In this document: positions 10,096 to 19,697 of the stretch, piece by piece
How positions within the stretch are numbered: position 1 is the first letter of the stretch
How the letters are laid out: every line of letters begins with the position of its first letter
IMG/VR virus record: IMGVR_UViG_3300025426_000076
Span: 1 to 33,531 of that record
DNA: 33,531 nt
Reading direction: 5' to 3' (one strand)
From: a virus
Lineage: Duplodnaviria > Caudoviricetes
Position numbers and translations under genes: made by a program
Notes under the pieces: model-generated
The model's database searches: none
Told to the model about the DNA's origin: nothing
Seen by the model: the letters and a program-made list of their open reading frames with translations, nothing else

Positions 10096-10790
10096 AAAAT
10101 AACCACGTTGAATGTGTACTGGAAGGGCAGCAGCAAAATTCCACTCTGCACAGCCGCTTGAAGGTCAGCAGCATAAGCCATTGGCGTAGGGTTAGATGAC
10201 TCGGTTTTAACGTAGTTGAACGATGCCCCCAATTGGTTGTAATTGGGTACGTTATAGTCAGCCGAATCAATCACAGTCCGAACCGCCGCACTCAAAACAA
10301 TGTTGCAGACGTATTGGCTGGGAAATTGAATGCTGATCTGATAAGTCTGATCAGGAAAGATTTGACCACTCAAAAACCGCTCAACACGGCGTTTTAGCCA
10401 ACGAATTGTGAACTGGTAGCCGTCACCCTTGAACGTGTTCCACTGCACAATGCGCTGAAAAATGATGTCAGTCGGATTGAATGTCTTGGCATTTTCAACC
10501 AGCTTGTATTGCTCAAGCCGTTGAACATTCATCTCATAGGTGTTGTAGGGACCAACAGGACGTTCCGTGCCGCTCGACAAGGGCTGACGAAAAATGCCGT
10601 AGATACCAGCAGCACACCAATCCAAAAGATCGCCGTTTTGATTCAAAAAAATCGGCAGCTGGACGCTATTAATGGCATCCAGATTCTGCTGGCTCAATTG
10701 GTTATAAGCGCCAAAAAAGGCGTTGATATTCGGATCCGAGTTGTACTGGACGAATGGATAGCTTGGCAGCGAATTGACGGTCAGTGTCAT
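10092..10790 (-). CDS. Baseplate wedge protein (DUF2612/gpI-like)
   Basis: Sits after baseplate J; GDLLDWCAAGIYGIFR motif; overlapping start/stop with both neighbours. Confidence 0.65.
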   Translation of the reverse strand: MTLTVNSLPSYPFVQYNSDPNINAFFGAYNQLSQQNLDAINSVQLPIFLNQNGDLLDWCAAGIYGIFRQPLSSGTERPVGPYNTYEMNVQRLEQYKLVENAKTFNPTDIIFQRIVQWNTFKGDGYQFTIRWLKRRVERFLSGQIFPDQTYQISIQFPSQYVCNIVLSAAVRTVIDSADYNVPNYNQLGASFNYVKTESSNPTPMAYAADLQAAVQSGILLLPFQYTFNVVIL

Positions 10791-11968
10791 GAATTGCTCA
10801 CTGTGATGCCACTAGCGACTGCATAAAAGAAGCCCTCAGGATCGCCAGCGAACAGAACGCCAGAAGGCGAGACACCCATGCCGTTAATCTGCACGGTAAA
10901 GGTCAAAGTAGCCAAAGTCGTTGGATCCAAGATGCTGGCAGTCGCTGCAATAAAAGTCTGTTGCAGCTCCAGCAAGCTCATGGTTTTGCCGACATAAATG
11001 CTGTTCACATAAGCCGCAATAGCGGGTTGAACCGCAGCTGTGACCACAGAATTTGCCACAAAGTTGGAGCCAGCGATGGTTGTCCAGTTCACCGTCATGG
11101 TGACGCTTTGAGCCGTAGGAATCACATACTTGATGGTGTAAGCATCAGGATAGTCATTGATCGTGATAGTTTCTGTGGAGCCAATGCTGGCCGCACCTTG
11201 CAAATCAAGAATGTTGAACATTGATTGATATATGGCATTTGCCACTGCATAGGGGTCACCACCGCCAACCAAGACCTGCCAGCCGCCAGAAACCTGCCTG
11301 AAAGAAATCAAACGGGCTTGGACGCCGGAGACATTTTGCAAAGTAGTCCGAACCAGAGTGCCGATGCCAGTAGAAACGGCTTGACCGGCTTGAATCACTT
11401 GGGCTTGATAGTCGGCCAAGGATTGGGCCGAAGCCCCTGGCGTTCCAGCCGTGGTGTTATTCACGCTCAATGACACGCCAAAAGGAACCACCGTCACGAT
11501 TTGCGTGACCGAGTTGGCAGGAACCGCCCAAGTGCCAGAAACCAAGGCCAAGCAATAAGCAGCAGCACTAGCGCCAGAATTGCCAATCACCGTCGAATCT
11601 TGCAATTGATACTGATAAGTGCCGTCAGAAACGATGAAGCCAGGGTTGATGACGTAGCCCGGCGTCCCCGTAAACACAACGTACACAGACGTATTGGAGC
11701 CAATACCTTGCTGCACCCCATAAACATTGCCCAATTGGTACAGAATCGTCGCATTGGCCGTGTATGGCGACACCGAATTCACCAAGTCCACAAGCGCTTG
11801 GTTTTGAATGACCAAAGCGCCAGTAGAGGTGGAGTTCATGTCGCCAATCAGGTTGGCGGGAAGACTCGTCAGGCCCGGAGCCAATGTCTCGGCAATAGCC
11901 AATGCCTCTGCGGCCAACGTGGCCGGAGGCGTTGTGACGTAAGGTGCATTAAGGATTGGATTGGTCAT
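10787..11968 (-). CDS. Baseplate J-like protein
   Basis: 393 aa; VVFTGTPGYVINPGFIVSDG, VGGGDPYAVANAIY; typical size and position. Confidence 0.85.
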   Translation of the reverse strand: MTNPILNAPYVTTPPATLAAEALAIAETLAPGLTSLPANLIGDMNSTSTGALVIQNQALVDLVNSVSPYTANATILYQLGNVYGVQQGIGSNTSVYVVFTGTPGYVINPGFIVSDGTYQYQLQDSTVIGNSGASAAAYCLALVSGTWAVPANSVTQIVTVVPFGVSLSVNNTTAGTPGASAQSLADYQAQVIQAGQAVSTGIGTLVRTTLQNVSGVQARLISFRQVSGGWQVLVGGGDPYAVANAIYQSMFNILDLQGAASIGSTETITINDYPDAYTIKYVIPTAQSVTMTVNWTTIAGSNFVANSVVTAAVQPAIAAYVNSIYVGKTMSLLELQQTFIAATASILDPTTLATLTFTVQINGMGVSPSGVLFAGDPEGFFYAVASGITVSNS

Positions 11969-12300
11969 GTTGCAATTGTCGCTTGATAAGCGGTTCCATT
12001 CAGAAACACGGCGTTAATTTGATAGGTCGGCGTGACAGTCGTTCTAATTGGAGTGACTACAAGCGACTGAAAATACTGTGCAAACTGCGTCTGAATCCGC
12101 ACAACAGCAGCGTCAGGCGCAGTTTGAGTAATCACAGAATCAACTGCTGGAATGCCATAACTGGCATACAAAGGATTTTCGCCCGTGATAAGCAAAAGCG
12201 TCTGGATGAGCGTAGTCAGCCAAACGTAAGAATTATTGCCAGATGAGTCGGTACTGACCTCAACCCAAGTTCCATCTGCCAATGTACCGTATGTACGCAT
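11965..12300 (-). CDS. Baseplate protein (gpW/gp25-like sheath initiator)
   Basis: 111 aa between spike and J; LLLITGENPLYASYGIP motif. Confidence 0.65.
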   Translation of the reverse strand: MRTYGTLADGTWVEVSTDSSGNNSYVWLTTLIQTLLLITGENPLYASYGIPAVDSVITQTAPDAAVVRIQTQFAQYFQSLVVTPIRTTVTPTYQINAVFLNGTAYQATIAT

Positions 12301-12917
12301 TACGCCACCCCTCCACTGACATCTGAACCCGCCTTAACGCCACCATGTTTGTGAGCAAGGTAGGCTTGGCCGTTAATAATTAAAGTACCTGTGATAGACA
12401 CATTTCCACCCGATAGCGTAATTGAAGAGCTGCCTTGGGTCAATGTGATACTGTTCTTCTGCACATGAATTTCAGCAGTGCCATCAATTGTTCTGATGAT
12501 GGAACCATTGGGCGCATTAATAACAACAGCGTCTGGGTCCAAAGTTGCCCAGTTCTTATTGCTGATTGGCATAAATACCAAAGCACCAAGATTGGTGGGA
12601 GAGCAATTAGGTGCAGCACCCAAGCCCAAACCAGTAATACCACCCAAACGTGCTGAAGCAGAAACAGCAAGTCCAGTATCACCAACCTGCACAGGAATGC
12701 GAATATAAAAAGGCTCCGCAATCGGCATTGTCACCTGATCGGTGGTAAATACGCTGGTTTGAGCAACCGCAAACTTCACTGTGACGATGGAGCCGTCAAC
12801 AGCCGTCACCGTGCAAGGATAAGCCTGACCCAAATTTTGAACAGCGTCATCAATTTTCCGCTGGGCAAATTTATTGAGCGTCAATGCCAAAGGCGTTTTT
12901 ACAATGTTTCCACTCAT
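12300..12917 (-). CDS. Baseplate central spike (gpV/gp138-like)
   Basis: OB-fold-like N-terminus (IPVQVGDTGL), beta-helical repeats, apex HxH motif (LAHKHGGV). Confidence 0.85.
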   Translation of the reverse strand: MSGNIVKTPLALTLNKFAQRKIDDAVQNLGQAYPCTVTAVDGSIVTVKFAVAQTSVFTTDQVTMPIAEPFYIRIPVQVGDTGLAVSASARLGGITGLGLGAAPNCSPTNLGALVFMPISNKNWATLDPDAVVINAPNGSIIRTIDGTAEIHVQKNSITLTQGSSSITLSGGNVSITGTLIINGQAYLAHKHGGVKAGSDVSGGVA

Positions 12918-13888
12918 TGTGTCGGTCCTTGCTGCATCAAAACATCAATCACGGTTCTCCAAGCAGTCCCAGTTGGTTGACGCAAGTCACCAATGTGGCG
13001 AGTTCTAATGATCTTGCCAATACCAGTAAAAGTGGAATTGTCACGCCAGCGGGACTGAGATTGGTTGTTATTTTGCCCAACGAATGGCGGCAACTTAACG
13101 TATTGCAAGTTGGACAAATCGCCTCGAGCAACCAACTCAAGCTGAATCGTAATAATGTTCAACCAAGTCGGTTGAGACATCATGTCGTTGAAATTGATTT
13201 GAGTTGGTTCCGGCGCAGGAGACGTTCCATCATCAATCGTGATTGTTTTTTGATTGACGTAAATATCAATACCGGCATAGTTGGGATCAGTATTTACGAC
13301 CTTGGACATGGCATTGAGCTTCTGAGCCATTGCATGAAGGTCTGAAAACGTACCCCAAGTACCCTCAGTCCAGATGATGTCCTGAGATGAATTATCAACA
13401 ACCTTAAAGTAGTTGCTGTAAGCATTACGAATTGATATGGCGGCGGCATTGCCTAATGATTGATTCTTTGCGGCATTGAATGCCAAATTAACGGGATACT
13501 GCGGAGATCCAGTGGCTGGAATGATGATCAAATCCAAAGACAAATTGGTTCCTTGAAAATTACCAAATGCTTGGAAAATCTTTCCGCTAAAAACTTGATT
13601 GACCTGATTGGCATTTGCCAAAGGCAATCCATTGGTCATTCCCAACGACAAACTTACAAACTGATCGCTGAAATTGTTAGCTTGTCCAATTGTCGCAAAA
13701 TCAATTCCCCACACACGAATGAATGAGCCATCCATTGGAACCGAATAGCCAGCCAATGGAATGTCAAATTCAATGCGTAAAGCGGCTCCATTGTTACGCC
13801 CAGTAGGCGTTCCATCCAATGTGCTACTCCAAGTCTGAATAACAGACCCAGTTGTAGCATCGCTGATTGTAAGGTTGTAAAAACGCAT
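12914..13888 (-). CDS. Baseplate hub protein
   Basis: 324 aa immediately before the spike; C-terminal KIIRTRHIGDLR...WRTVID. Confidence 0.7.
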   Translation of the reverse strand: MRFYNLTISDATTGSVIQTWSSTLDGTPTGRNNGAALRIEFDIPLAGYSVPMDGSFIRVWGIDFATIGQANNFSDQFVSLSLGMTNGLPLANANQVNQVFSGKIFQAFGNFQGTNLSLDLIIIPATGSPQYPVNLAFNAAKNQSLGNAAAISIRNAYSNYFKVVDNSSQDIIWTEGTWGTFSDLHAMAQKLNAMSKVVNTDPNYAGIDIYVNQKTITIDDGTSPAPEPTQINFNDMMSQPTWLNIITIQLELVARGDLSNLQYVKLPPFVGQNNNQSQSRWRDNSTFTGIGKIIRTRHIGDLRQPTGTAWRTVIDVLMQQGPTQ

Positions 13889-14157
13889 TAACCAATTTCC
13901 AATTTTTGAGAGCTGACACGGAAAACAATTGGAGTTTTAAAGTATCCAGCAGACAAATTGATGTTGAAATTGTCAGGAGAACCAACCATTGGAACATTAA
14001 ACATGACTTTTCCTTGCTGATCTGTGCAAGTCAAAAAGTATCTTTGTCCATAAATGTTCCAAGGAACAGTCAATGTATAAGTAATTCCATTATCCAAAAC
14101 AGCAGATGTTTGGAATGGGGAATTTGCTGGCTGAACAAAATTAACGAATGTTGTCAT
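13888..14157 (-). CDS. Small baseplate protein
   Basis: 89 aa, YTLTVPWNIYGQRYFL; lies between the tube initiator and hub. Confidence 0.65.
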   Translation of the reverse strand: MTTFVNFVQPANSPFQTSAVLDNGITYTLTVPWNIYGQRYFLTCTDQQGKVMFNVPMVGSPDNFNINLSAGYFKTPIVFRVSSQKLEIG

Positions 14158-14753
14158 TTGTTTCCGCTCCAGCTAGGATTTCCAACAATAGGCAAACCTT
14201 GAGTCGCTTTACTCATCAAATTTGATTGGATCGTGTTTGCCTGTTCTTCATAGATCAACGGCAAAGCAAAGTCCCATTGGTAAGCAAACTGCACCTGTTT
14301 GTTGTCACTGGTCGATACGTCTTTTAAAGCCGTCAACAACGCACCTTTATAGATGAATGCTGGCGTATAAACATCAAACCAGCCACCTTGCAGGATATGG
14401 TTGTCCAAGGTGCTTTTCAATGCAGACATCTTTGTTTGCTTTGCCGTGTAATTGTTGCTCGTTGTCTGAGCAGGGCAAACCATCAAAAGACTGATATTCA
14501 AAGGTTGTTGGACTACAGCATTTGCAGCCACCGTTAAAGCAGCCAACGGGTAATTGGCCGTTTCCCAGACCTCTAAAGTGCCACCAGCCATTGGCCTGAA
14601 GTGAGCAAAATATTCGTCTGGGTTTTGCGGATTGGAGCCATTTTCGGTATAGGTGGTGATTGGCGCACCTTCGGCTCCAGCAACACCATTAATAAGCCAA
14701 ATCGGGGTTAGCTCATAAAGTGCCTGAAAACTTGCTTGACCAGAATTAGCCAT
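14154..14753 (-). CDS. Tail tube initiator / baseplate protein
   Basis: 199 aa directly after the tape measure gene; ANAVVQQPLNISL, VYTPAFIY. Confidence 0.6.
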   Translation of the reverse strand: MANSGQASFQALYELTPIWLINGVAGAEGAPITTYTENGSNPQNPDEYFAHFRPMAGGTLEVWETANYPLAALTVAANAVVQQPLNISLLMVCPAQTTSNNYTAKQTKMSALKSTLDNHILQGGWFDVYTPAFIYKGALLTALKDVSTSDNKQVQFAYQWDFALPLIYEEQANTIQSNLMSKATQGLPIVGNPSWSGNK

Positions 14754-16729
14754 TATTGCGCTCCAAGAGGGGCGACATTCTCAGTGGAATTCCCCCCAGG
14801 TTGTTTACGAACCTGCACGGTCACTGCGTTATCGGAACCATTGTCAACGACAACTCGGTTTAGCCTTTGAGCAATTGACCAACGGCGATTCAATTCTTTT
14901 TCTGGGTCTGCTGGACGTTCATACCCAATAATTGCACGAAGTTTTTCTGCATCACTTTGTGCGCTCTTTAGCTTATCAAACGAAGCTCGCTCTTTATGTT
15001 GCAGTTCATACAAAATAAATTGAGCTTGTTCTTCAAGAGTACTGCCCTTGATGCTATGACCGGCAAACTTTTCAAATTCTTTTTGACGGTCTTTGTGCCA
15101 TTGGGCAATACCAAAAGCCTGACCATTGTCACCAACAGCTGCCGCATTCAATGTTGAGCTTTCGCCCATCAAATTGGCAGTGAATAAAAGGGCTTCTTTG
15201 TGCGACAAGCCACCTTTTTCCAAAATTGACATGACTTTTTTGGCGCGGCCAGTTGTCTCTTTGTCAGTTGGAATAAGGGCATTTTGGTGCAAATCACCCA
15301 AGAATTCTGTCGCACCGCCAGGACCAAATAAAGTATTAATTACTTTTGACCGAATTTTGTTCTTTAAGCTTTCGATATTTTGAGTAATGTCGGCAGCACG
15401 TTTTCCAGCAGGTGCAGCAACTTGGAGCTTTTTGGATTGCTCTTCAAAGTCTTTAAATGCTTGCTGTTGTTCACCCTGCGACAAGACACCCATTTCGATG
15501 ATTTCGCCGGGTGTGAAAATATTTGTAAAGCCAAGCGCTTGCATGGTAGCCATTGAATGGCCGCTCTTTTCCCATGCCTTACGAGCCGCTTCATGCGCTT
15601 CTTGCAGCAATTGAGCAGGTGATTTCTTGGCCTTGTTCTGAATGCCAATCTGCTCAAGAGTCGTATCTGTCTCGGTGGCTCCCATCTGAGCGACTCTTGA
15701 TAAGAGCGCTTTGGGATCAGAATACAAACGAGCCAGTGCCGTTTGAGCTGCCGTTACTGTGCCTTGATTAACACCAATTTGAGATGCGGCTCGACGTTCT
15801 TCGGCCACATTCTTGGTGAGTTCCATGAGCCTTCGTAAGGCATCAATCGCCGCAGCAAAACTGCCAACAGCAGCACCAACAGTTAGACCTTGGCCCAAGT
15901 AGCCAACACCCATTGAACTGGTGAATTTTTGCCAACGCTTTTCTTGATCTGTGGAGAAAACGGTTTCAGATGATCGACGTTTCTGATCATCCTTATCCCT
16001 AGCCGCCATCACCTTTTTGTAGGCAGCTATGTGAGCATCGGCTTCAAGATAGTAGTCGCTGCGGTTTCTTTCTTGCTCATCCTTTTTCATCTGCTCGTAT
16101 TTCTCAAACAGACGACGAGGAGGCCCGAATTGATTGCCAGGAGTTTGCTCCGGCTGGGCACGTTCAAACATCCGGCGTGTTGGACCGAATAGTTGGCCTG
16201 GGACTTGATTCGCCCGATATTTCTCCAGCAACTGTCTGGACGGCCCGAACTTGGCTCCAGACACTTGGCCTTCAAATATTTGCTGCTTTTCCAGCGCCGC
16301 ATTCAGCGATTGCTGCTGCCGAAATGTGCTAATCGCTGTAGATAAAGCTCGTCTTTGAGCAGCCTCAACATTACGAATGGCTTGAACTTGTGCCCGTTCA
16401 GCTGCCTTGGCTGCACGTTCTGCCTCTTTGGCAGCTTTGATTGCTTCAGCAGATGCTTCTTTTTCTGCTTTTGCTTTGGCTTTTGCAGCTTCAACTTCTG
16501 CTTTTTGAGCCTCTTTAGCGGCTTTGGCTCTTGCCTTTTCGGCATCAGCCAATTCCTTGGCCGACTTTTTCGCCTCAGTCGTGGCTTTTGATTGTTCGGT
16601 TTTTATCCGAGCAAAAGCTGTAGGAAGATTTTGAAGCGTTTGTTTGAACTCTTCAAAAGTCTTCTGGAACGCCTTAAACGCCGAGTCATCGACGTCTATT
16701 TTGATGATAGGGTTAGTTTCTCCAGCCAT
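14753..16729 (-). CDS. Tape measure protein with C-terminal phage tail lysozyme domain
   Basis: 658 aa, helical Ala/Lys/Glu-rich; C-terminal NLMGESS...AFGIAQW...LEEQAQFILYEL...YERPA. Confidence 0.85.
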   Translation of the reverse strand: MAGETNPIIKIDVDDSAFKAFQKTFEEFKQTLQNLPTAFARIKTEQSKATTEAKKSAKELADAEKARAKAAKEAQKAEVEAAKAKAKAEKEASAEAIKAAKEAERAAKAAERAQVQAIRNVEAAQRRALSTAISTFRQQQSLNAALEKQQIFEGQVSGAKFGPSRQLLEKYRANQVPGQLFGPTRRMFERAQPEQTPGNQFGPPRRLFEKYEQMKKDEQERNRSDYYLEADAHIAAYKKVMAARDKDDQKRRSSETVFSTDQEKRWQKFTSSMGVGYLGQGLTVGAAVGSFAAAIDALRRLMELTKNVAEERRAASQIGVNQGTVTAAQTALARLYSDPKALLSRVAQMGATETDTTLEQIGIQNKAKKSPAQLLQEAHEAARKAWEKSGHSMATMQALGFTNIFTPGEIIEMGVLSQGEQQQAFKDFEEQSKKLQVAAPAGKRAADITQNIESLKNKIRSKVINTLFGPGGATEFLGDLHQNALIPTDKETTGRAKKVMSILEKGGLSHKEALLFTANLMGESSTLNAAAVGDNGQAFGIAQWHKDRQKEFEKFAGHSIKGSTLEEQAQFILYELQHKERASFDKLKSAQSDAEKLRAIIGYERPADPEKELNRRWSIAQRLNRVVVDNGSDNAVTVQVRKQPGGNSTENVAPLGAQ

Positions 16730-16860
16730 GATGCATTCTAGCGTTGGTCAGAGAAAACTGCGAGTTTTCAATGCACTTAGGATGTGCCGTTGTCTAAACT
16801 CGGTGGCATCAATCCATTTTCCACCGTTTTCCTCAACAAACTCACGAAAACCCCCTTCAC

Positions 16861-17439
16861 TTAGGTACGAGAGACAACACGCGACGATGTTGCCATCACC
16901 GAAGTCTCGGTTTCTGTCGATGTCGGCAAAGAACTGAGATATTCCGTAATGCCCGAGGAAGTAAGTTCCCATTGACGCAAGGCTGAAGCCATCTCCAAGA
17001 ACCCTTGGGCCAGCCCTTTTGGAGCCACCCAAACAATCGATGTAAAAAAAATCAGAGCTGACATCACCTCCGATTCCGTGTCCTCATCAAGAAGTTTTGT
17101 TTTAATAGCTTGATCATAGGTGGTCTGTTGCCAGCCTTTATCACCAGCATGAAGAACTGTAGTCAGGCGACCAATTTCATTGATCAAGCCATTCTTGACT
17201 TGATCCCAAGTGCCCTTATCAGTCGAAATCTTTTTTAAGGCCGCATAGGCCAATTGAGGAGCGGATAGCGCCACATGGGCACTTCCAGCTTCACCAAACA
17301 ATTTTGTAAATACTGCACCCAGTTCATCATAGAACTGCTCAAACACTATGCGTGAAATAGGAGTGCTGTAAATGTGGAACTGACCACCATCGGGTGCGTC
17401 AACTGTGACAACTAAGTCCAGTTTTTTACTAATTTTCAT
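16861..17439 (-). CDS. Tail assembly chaperone
   Basis: Between tube and tape measure genes; SD GAGG; contains an in-frame T TTT TTT slippery heptamer. Confidence 0.7.
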   Translation of the reverse strand: MKISKKLDLVVTVDAPDGGQFHIYSTPISRIVFEQFYDELGAVFTKLFGEAGSAHVALSAPQLAYAALKKISTDKGTWDQVKNGLINEIGRLTTVLHAGDKGWQQTTYDQAIKTKLLDEDTESEVMSALIFFTSIVWVAPKGLAQGFLEMASALRQWELTSSGITEYLSSLPTSTETETSVMATSSRVVSRT

Positions 17440-17454
17440 GGTAATTCCTCAAAT

Positions 17455-17487
17455 AAAAAAGCCCCAACCAATACGGTTGAGGCTTTT
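17455..17487 (-). terminator. Intrinsic terminator after tail tube gene
   Basis: Minus strand AAAAGCCTCAACC-GTATT-GGTTGGGGCTTTTTT. Confidence 0.7.
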
Positions 17488-17506
17488 ATTCTAAATCTAT
17501 TTAGAT

Positions 17507-17950
17507 TTAGGTTGCGGCCCACATCGTCGAGTTGATGTTGTAAATACCACGGACACGCACTTGAAAGTTGGTCTGAGTGCCGTCAAAGCTCAAGTCTTGC
17601 AAGCTCATCAACACGCAGTTTTCAAGCTGGAATGGAGCCAGAGTGCTTGAATCGCTGATCACGTTGATGGAGCCAACCAGAGCATTTCTTTCGATTTGTT
17701 GCTTGTAAGCATTAGCCAATGCTTGCGAACGAACCAAATGAATTGTGGCGGTAGCGTATTGGTAGGGTTCGGGTGAAGTCACGCCGCCGGTCAGAGTGCC
17801 AATCAGCTGGGCAACATCGCCTTCAAAAGCGATGCTGATAGCTTCTTTGCCCAAAAAAGGAGCGGTGACAGTCAGGGCTGGGTAGTTCGCAAAAACTACC
17901 GAGCCTTGCAGCCGATTAAGAGTACCTTGAAGGATTTGTGGATTTGACAT
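17507..17950 (-). CDS. Tail tube protein
   Basis: 147 aa beta-rich, directly after the sheath and followed by a terminator. Confidence 0.75.
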   Translation of the reverse strand: MSNPQILQGTLNRLQGSVVFANYPALTVTAPFLGKEAISIAFEGDVAQLIGTLTGGVTSPEPYQYATATIHLVRSQALANAYKQQIERNALVGSINVISDSSTLAPFQLENCVLMSLQDLSFDGTQTNFQVRVRGIYNINSTMWAAT

Positions 17951-17960
17951 GATCTATTCC

Positions 17961-19262
17961 TTAAACGGGGATGTTGCTTGCGGTCAAATAAACCACGATA
18001 GAAGTAAACCCGCGAGCTGGAACAAAGGTGCAAGCCAGACCTGCATAGCGGCCAATTGAGTAATCGCTTGGGTTCTGAGCCACATAAGTGGTGAACGGGA
18101 TAGCGGTTACAGTGGCTGGCGATAAGATCATGCCGAAGCTGATACCGTTGTTGACAGTGGATTGCAAAACCTTTTGCAAGGTATTGATACCAGATTGGTT
18201 GTAATACAGCGGGTTGGTAGGATTGTTGGAGCCATTGATCACAGCAGCAGACAATGCCAAAGAACCGTTAATCACCAGCCAATCCACAGCGTACCAGTAG
18301 TTCCAAGGATTGGTATCCATGAATTCACCGGTTTGAATCAGCGTATTGCTGATGCCACCTTGCGAACCAGTATTCACCCAGTTCACGCCAACGCCAGCCA
18401 AAGTGGTTTGCTGAGTGCCGGTCAATGTGGTGTAAGGAGTCACGCCGTAGATATAACGGAAAGACAAGGGAGCAACTTGGTTCACCGCACCTGGGGCTGT
18501 TGACAGCACCACTTGGAACACAGCAGCAGCGCTGAATTCAGTGCTTGGAGCCGAGGGCGATTGCAACATGGCAAACACCGACTTGGTGGCAGTCCAGTTA
18601 GAGTAAGTCGATGTGGTTGTGGTCACATAGAAATACGTTGCAGCCGTGGTGCTGGTGTACTGTTTTGCCAAGGTGACAGCAGTAGGTTCAATATCCCACT
18701 CAAAAGGCAACAAGTATGCGTAAAAATTGATAGTGGGGTTGGTCAAGTAGCTGGTCAAAGTAGTAACACCTTGAGCAGCAGTGCCAGTACCCAGTTCAAG
18801 CACATACACGCCTTGGTTTGCACCTTGAGCAAAGAATGTGTTCACCATCGCTTGCAACTCAACGCAAGCACGCAACTGGAACGTACCAAGAGCAGTTTCA
18901 GTGCCGGGGTTCGATGCCAGAGGATATGTAAACGAAGTTGGGCTTACATAAGTGCAAGCGAAAGTGCCGTCATAGTTGGTGGGTGATGCACCAGCAATAA
19001 CGCCAAAAACAGTGTCGCCAGCAGGGATAGTGTGAGCGGAAGCCGTTGTGACGGTCACAGTACCAGCGCTCCAAGTCAAGCCAGTAATGGCGATTGGAGT
19101 TTTGATAATGGTGGCTAAATCGCTGGCTTGCGTCAGAAATTGAGTGCCATCAACGGACAGGGTTGTAGCACCTTGAGAAATCAGAGCGCCAGTTTGTTGC
19201 AGTTTGCTAGGAGTGCTAGCAACCTGCTGCGATACGTTTACCGTTACGATGTTATTAGCCAC
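17961..19262 (-). CDS. Tail sheath protein
   Basis: 433 aa, GTG start with GGAGG SD; C-terminal YWYAVDWL...LYYNQSGINTLQ...DYSIGRYAG; precedes the tube gene. Confidence 0.75.
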   Translation of the reverse strand: MANNIVTVNVSQQVASTPSKLQQTGALISQGATTLSVDGTQFLTQASDLATIIKTPIAITGLTWSAGTVTVTTASAHTIPAGDTVFGVIAGASPTNYDGTFACTYVSPTSFTYPLASNPGTETALGTFQLRACVELQAMVNTFFAQGANQGVYVLELGTGTAAQGVTTLTSYLTNPTINFYAYLLPFEWDIEPTAVTLAKQYTSTTAATYFYVTTTTSTYSNWTATKSVFAMLQSPSAPSTEFSAAAVFQVVLSTAPGAVNQVAPLSFRYIYGVTPYTTLTGTQQTTLAGVGVNWVNTGSQGGISNTLIQTGEFMDTNPWNYWYAVDWLVINGSLALSAAVINGSNNPTNPLYYNQSGINTLQKVLQSTVNNGISFGMILSPATVTAIPFTTYVAQNPSDYSIGRYAGLACTFVPARGFTSIVVYLTASNIPV

Positions 19263-19281
19263 AACGGCCTCCTTTTAGGAA

Positions 19282-19650
19282 TTACGAGTAAGACACGACA
19301 GCTGTCATGCCAGTGCCGGGTACAAAAACAATACCAGTAGTGCAAGGCATATCAATGTCGTAAACGCCAACAGTGTTGGGGATCGAAGCGATTTCGTTGG
19401 CAGTAGCTGCGCCGCCAGTAGTGGCAACGTCATTGATAGTGCCAGCGGCGCTGCCAGCAACAATCACGCTCACACGAGCCACACGGCCAGCGGTAGCTTT
19501 AACCACAGTGCTGGCGCTCAAATTCTTGGCGGTCTTCAGACCTTTACCAACGATCAGATTGCTTGCAACGTCGAGTTGTGCGGGTTTTTGAACAGAAGCT
19601 GTGCCGTTGTTATAAACGGCTACTGTTGCTGCAAGTGGGCCTTGGGTCAT
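19282..19650 (-). CDS. Small beta-rich virion protein
   Basis: 122 aa with GGAG SD; VVKATAGRVARVSV...TTGIVFVPG; function unknown. Confidence 0.65.
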   Translation of the reverse strand: MTQGPLAATVAVYNNGTASVQKPAQLDVASNLIVGKGLKTAKNLSASTVVKATAGRVARVSVIVAGSAAGTINDVATTGGAATANEIASIPNTVGVYDIDMPCTTGIVFVPGTGMTAVVSYS

Positions 19651-19697
19651 AATTTTCTCCAGAGAAAAGGGTTAAGGTCTAGACAGGGTGCATTTTG

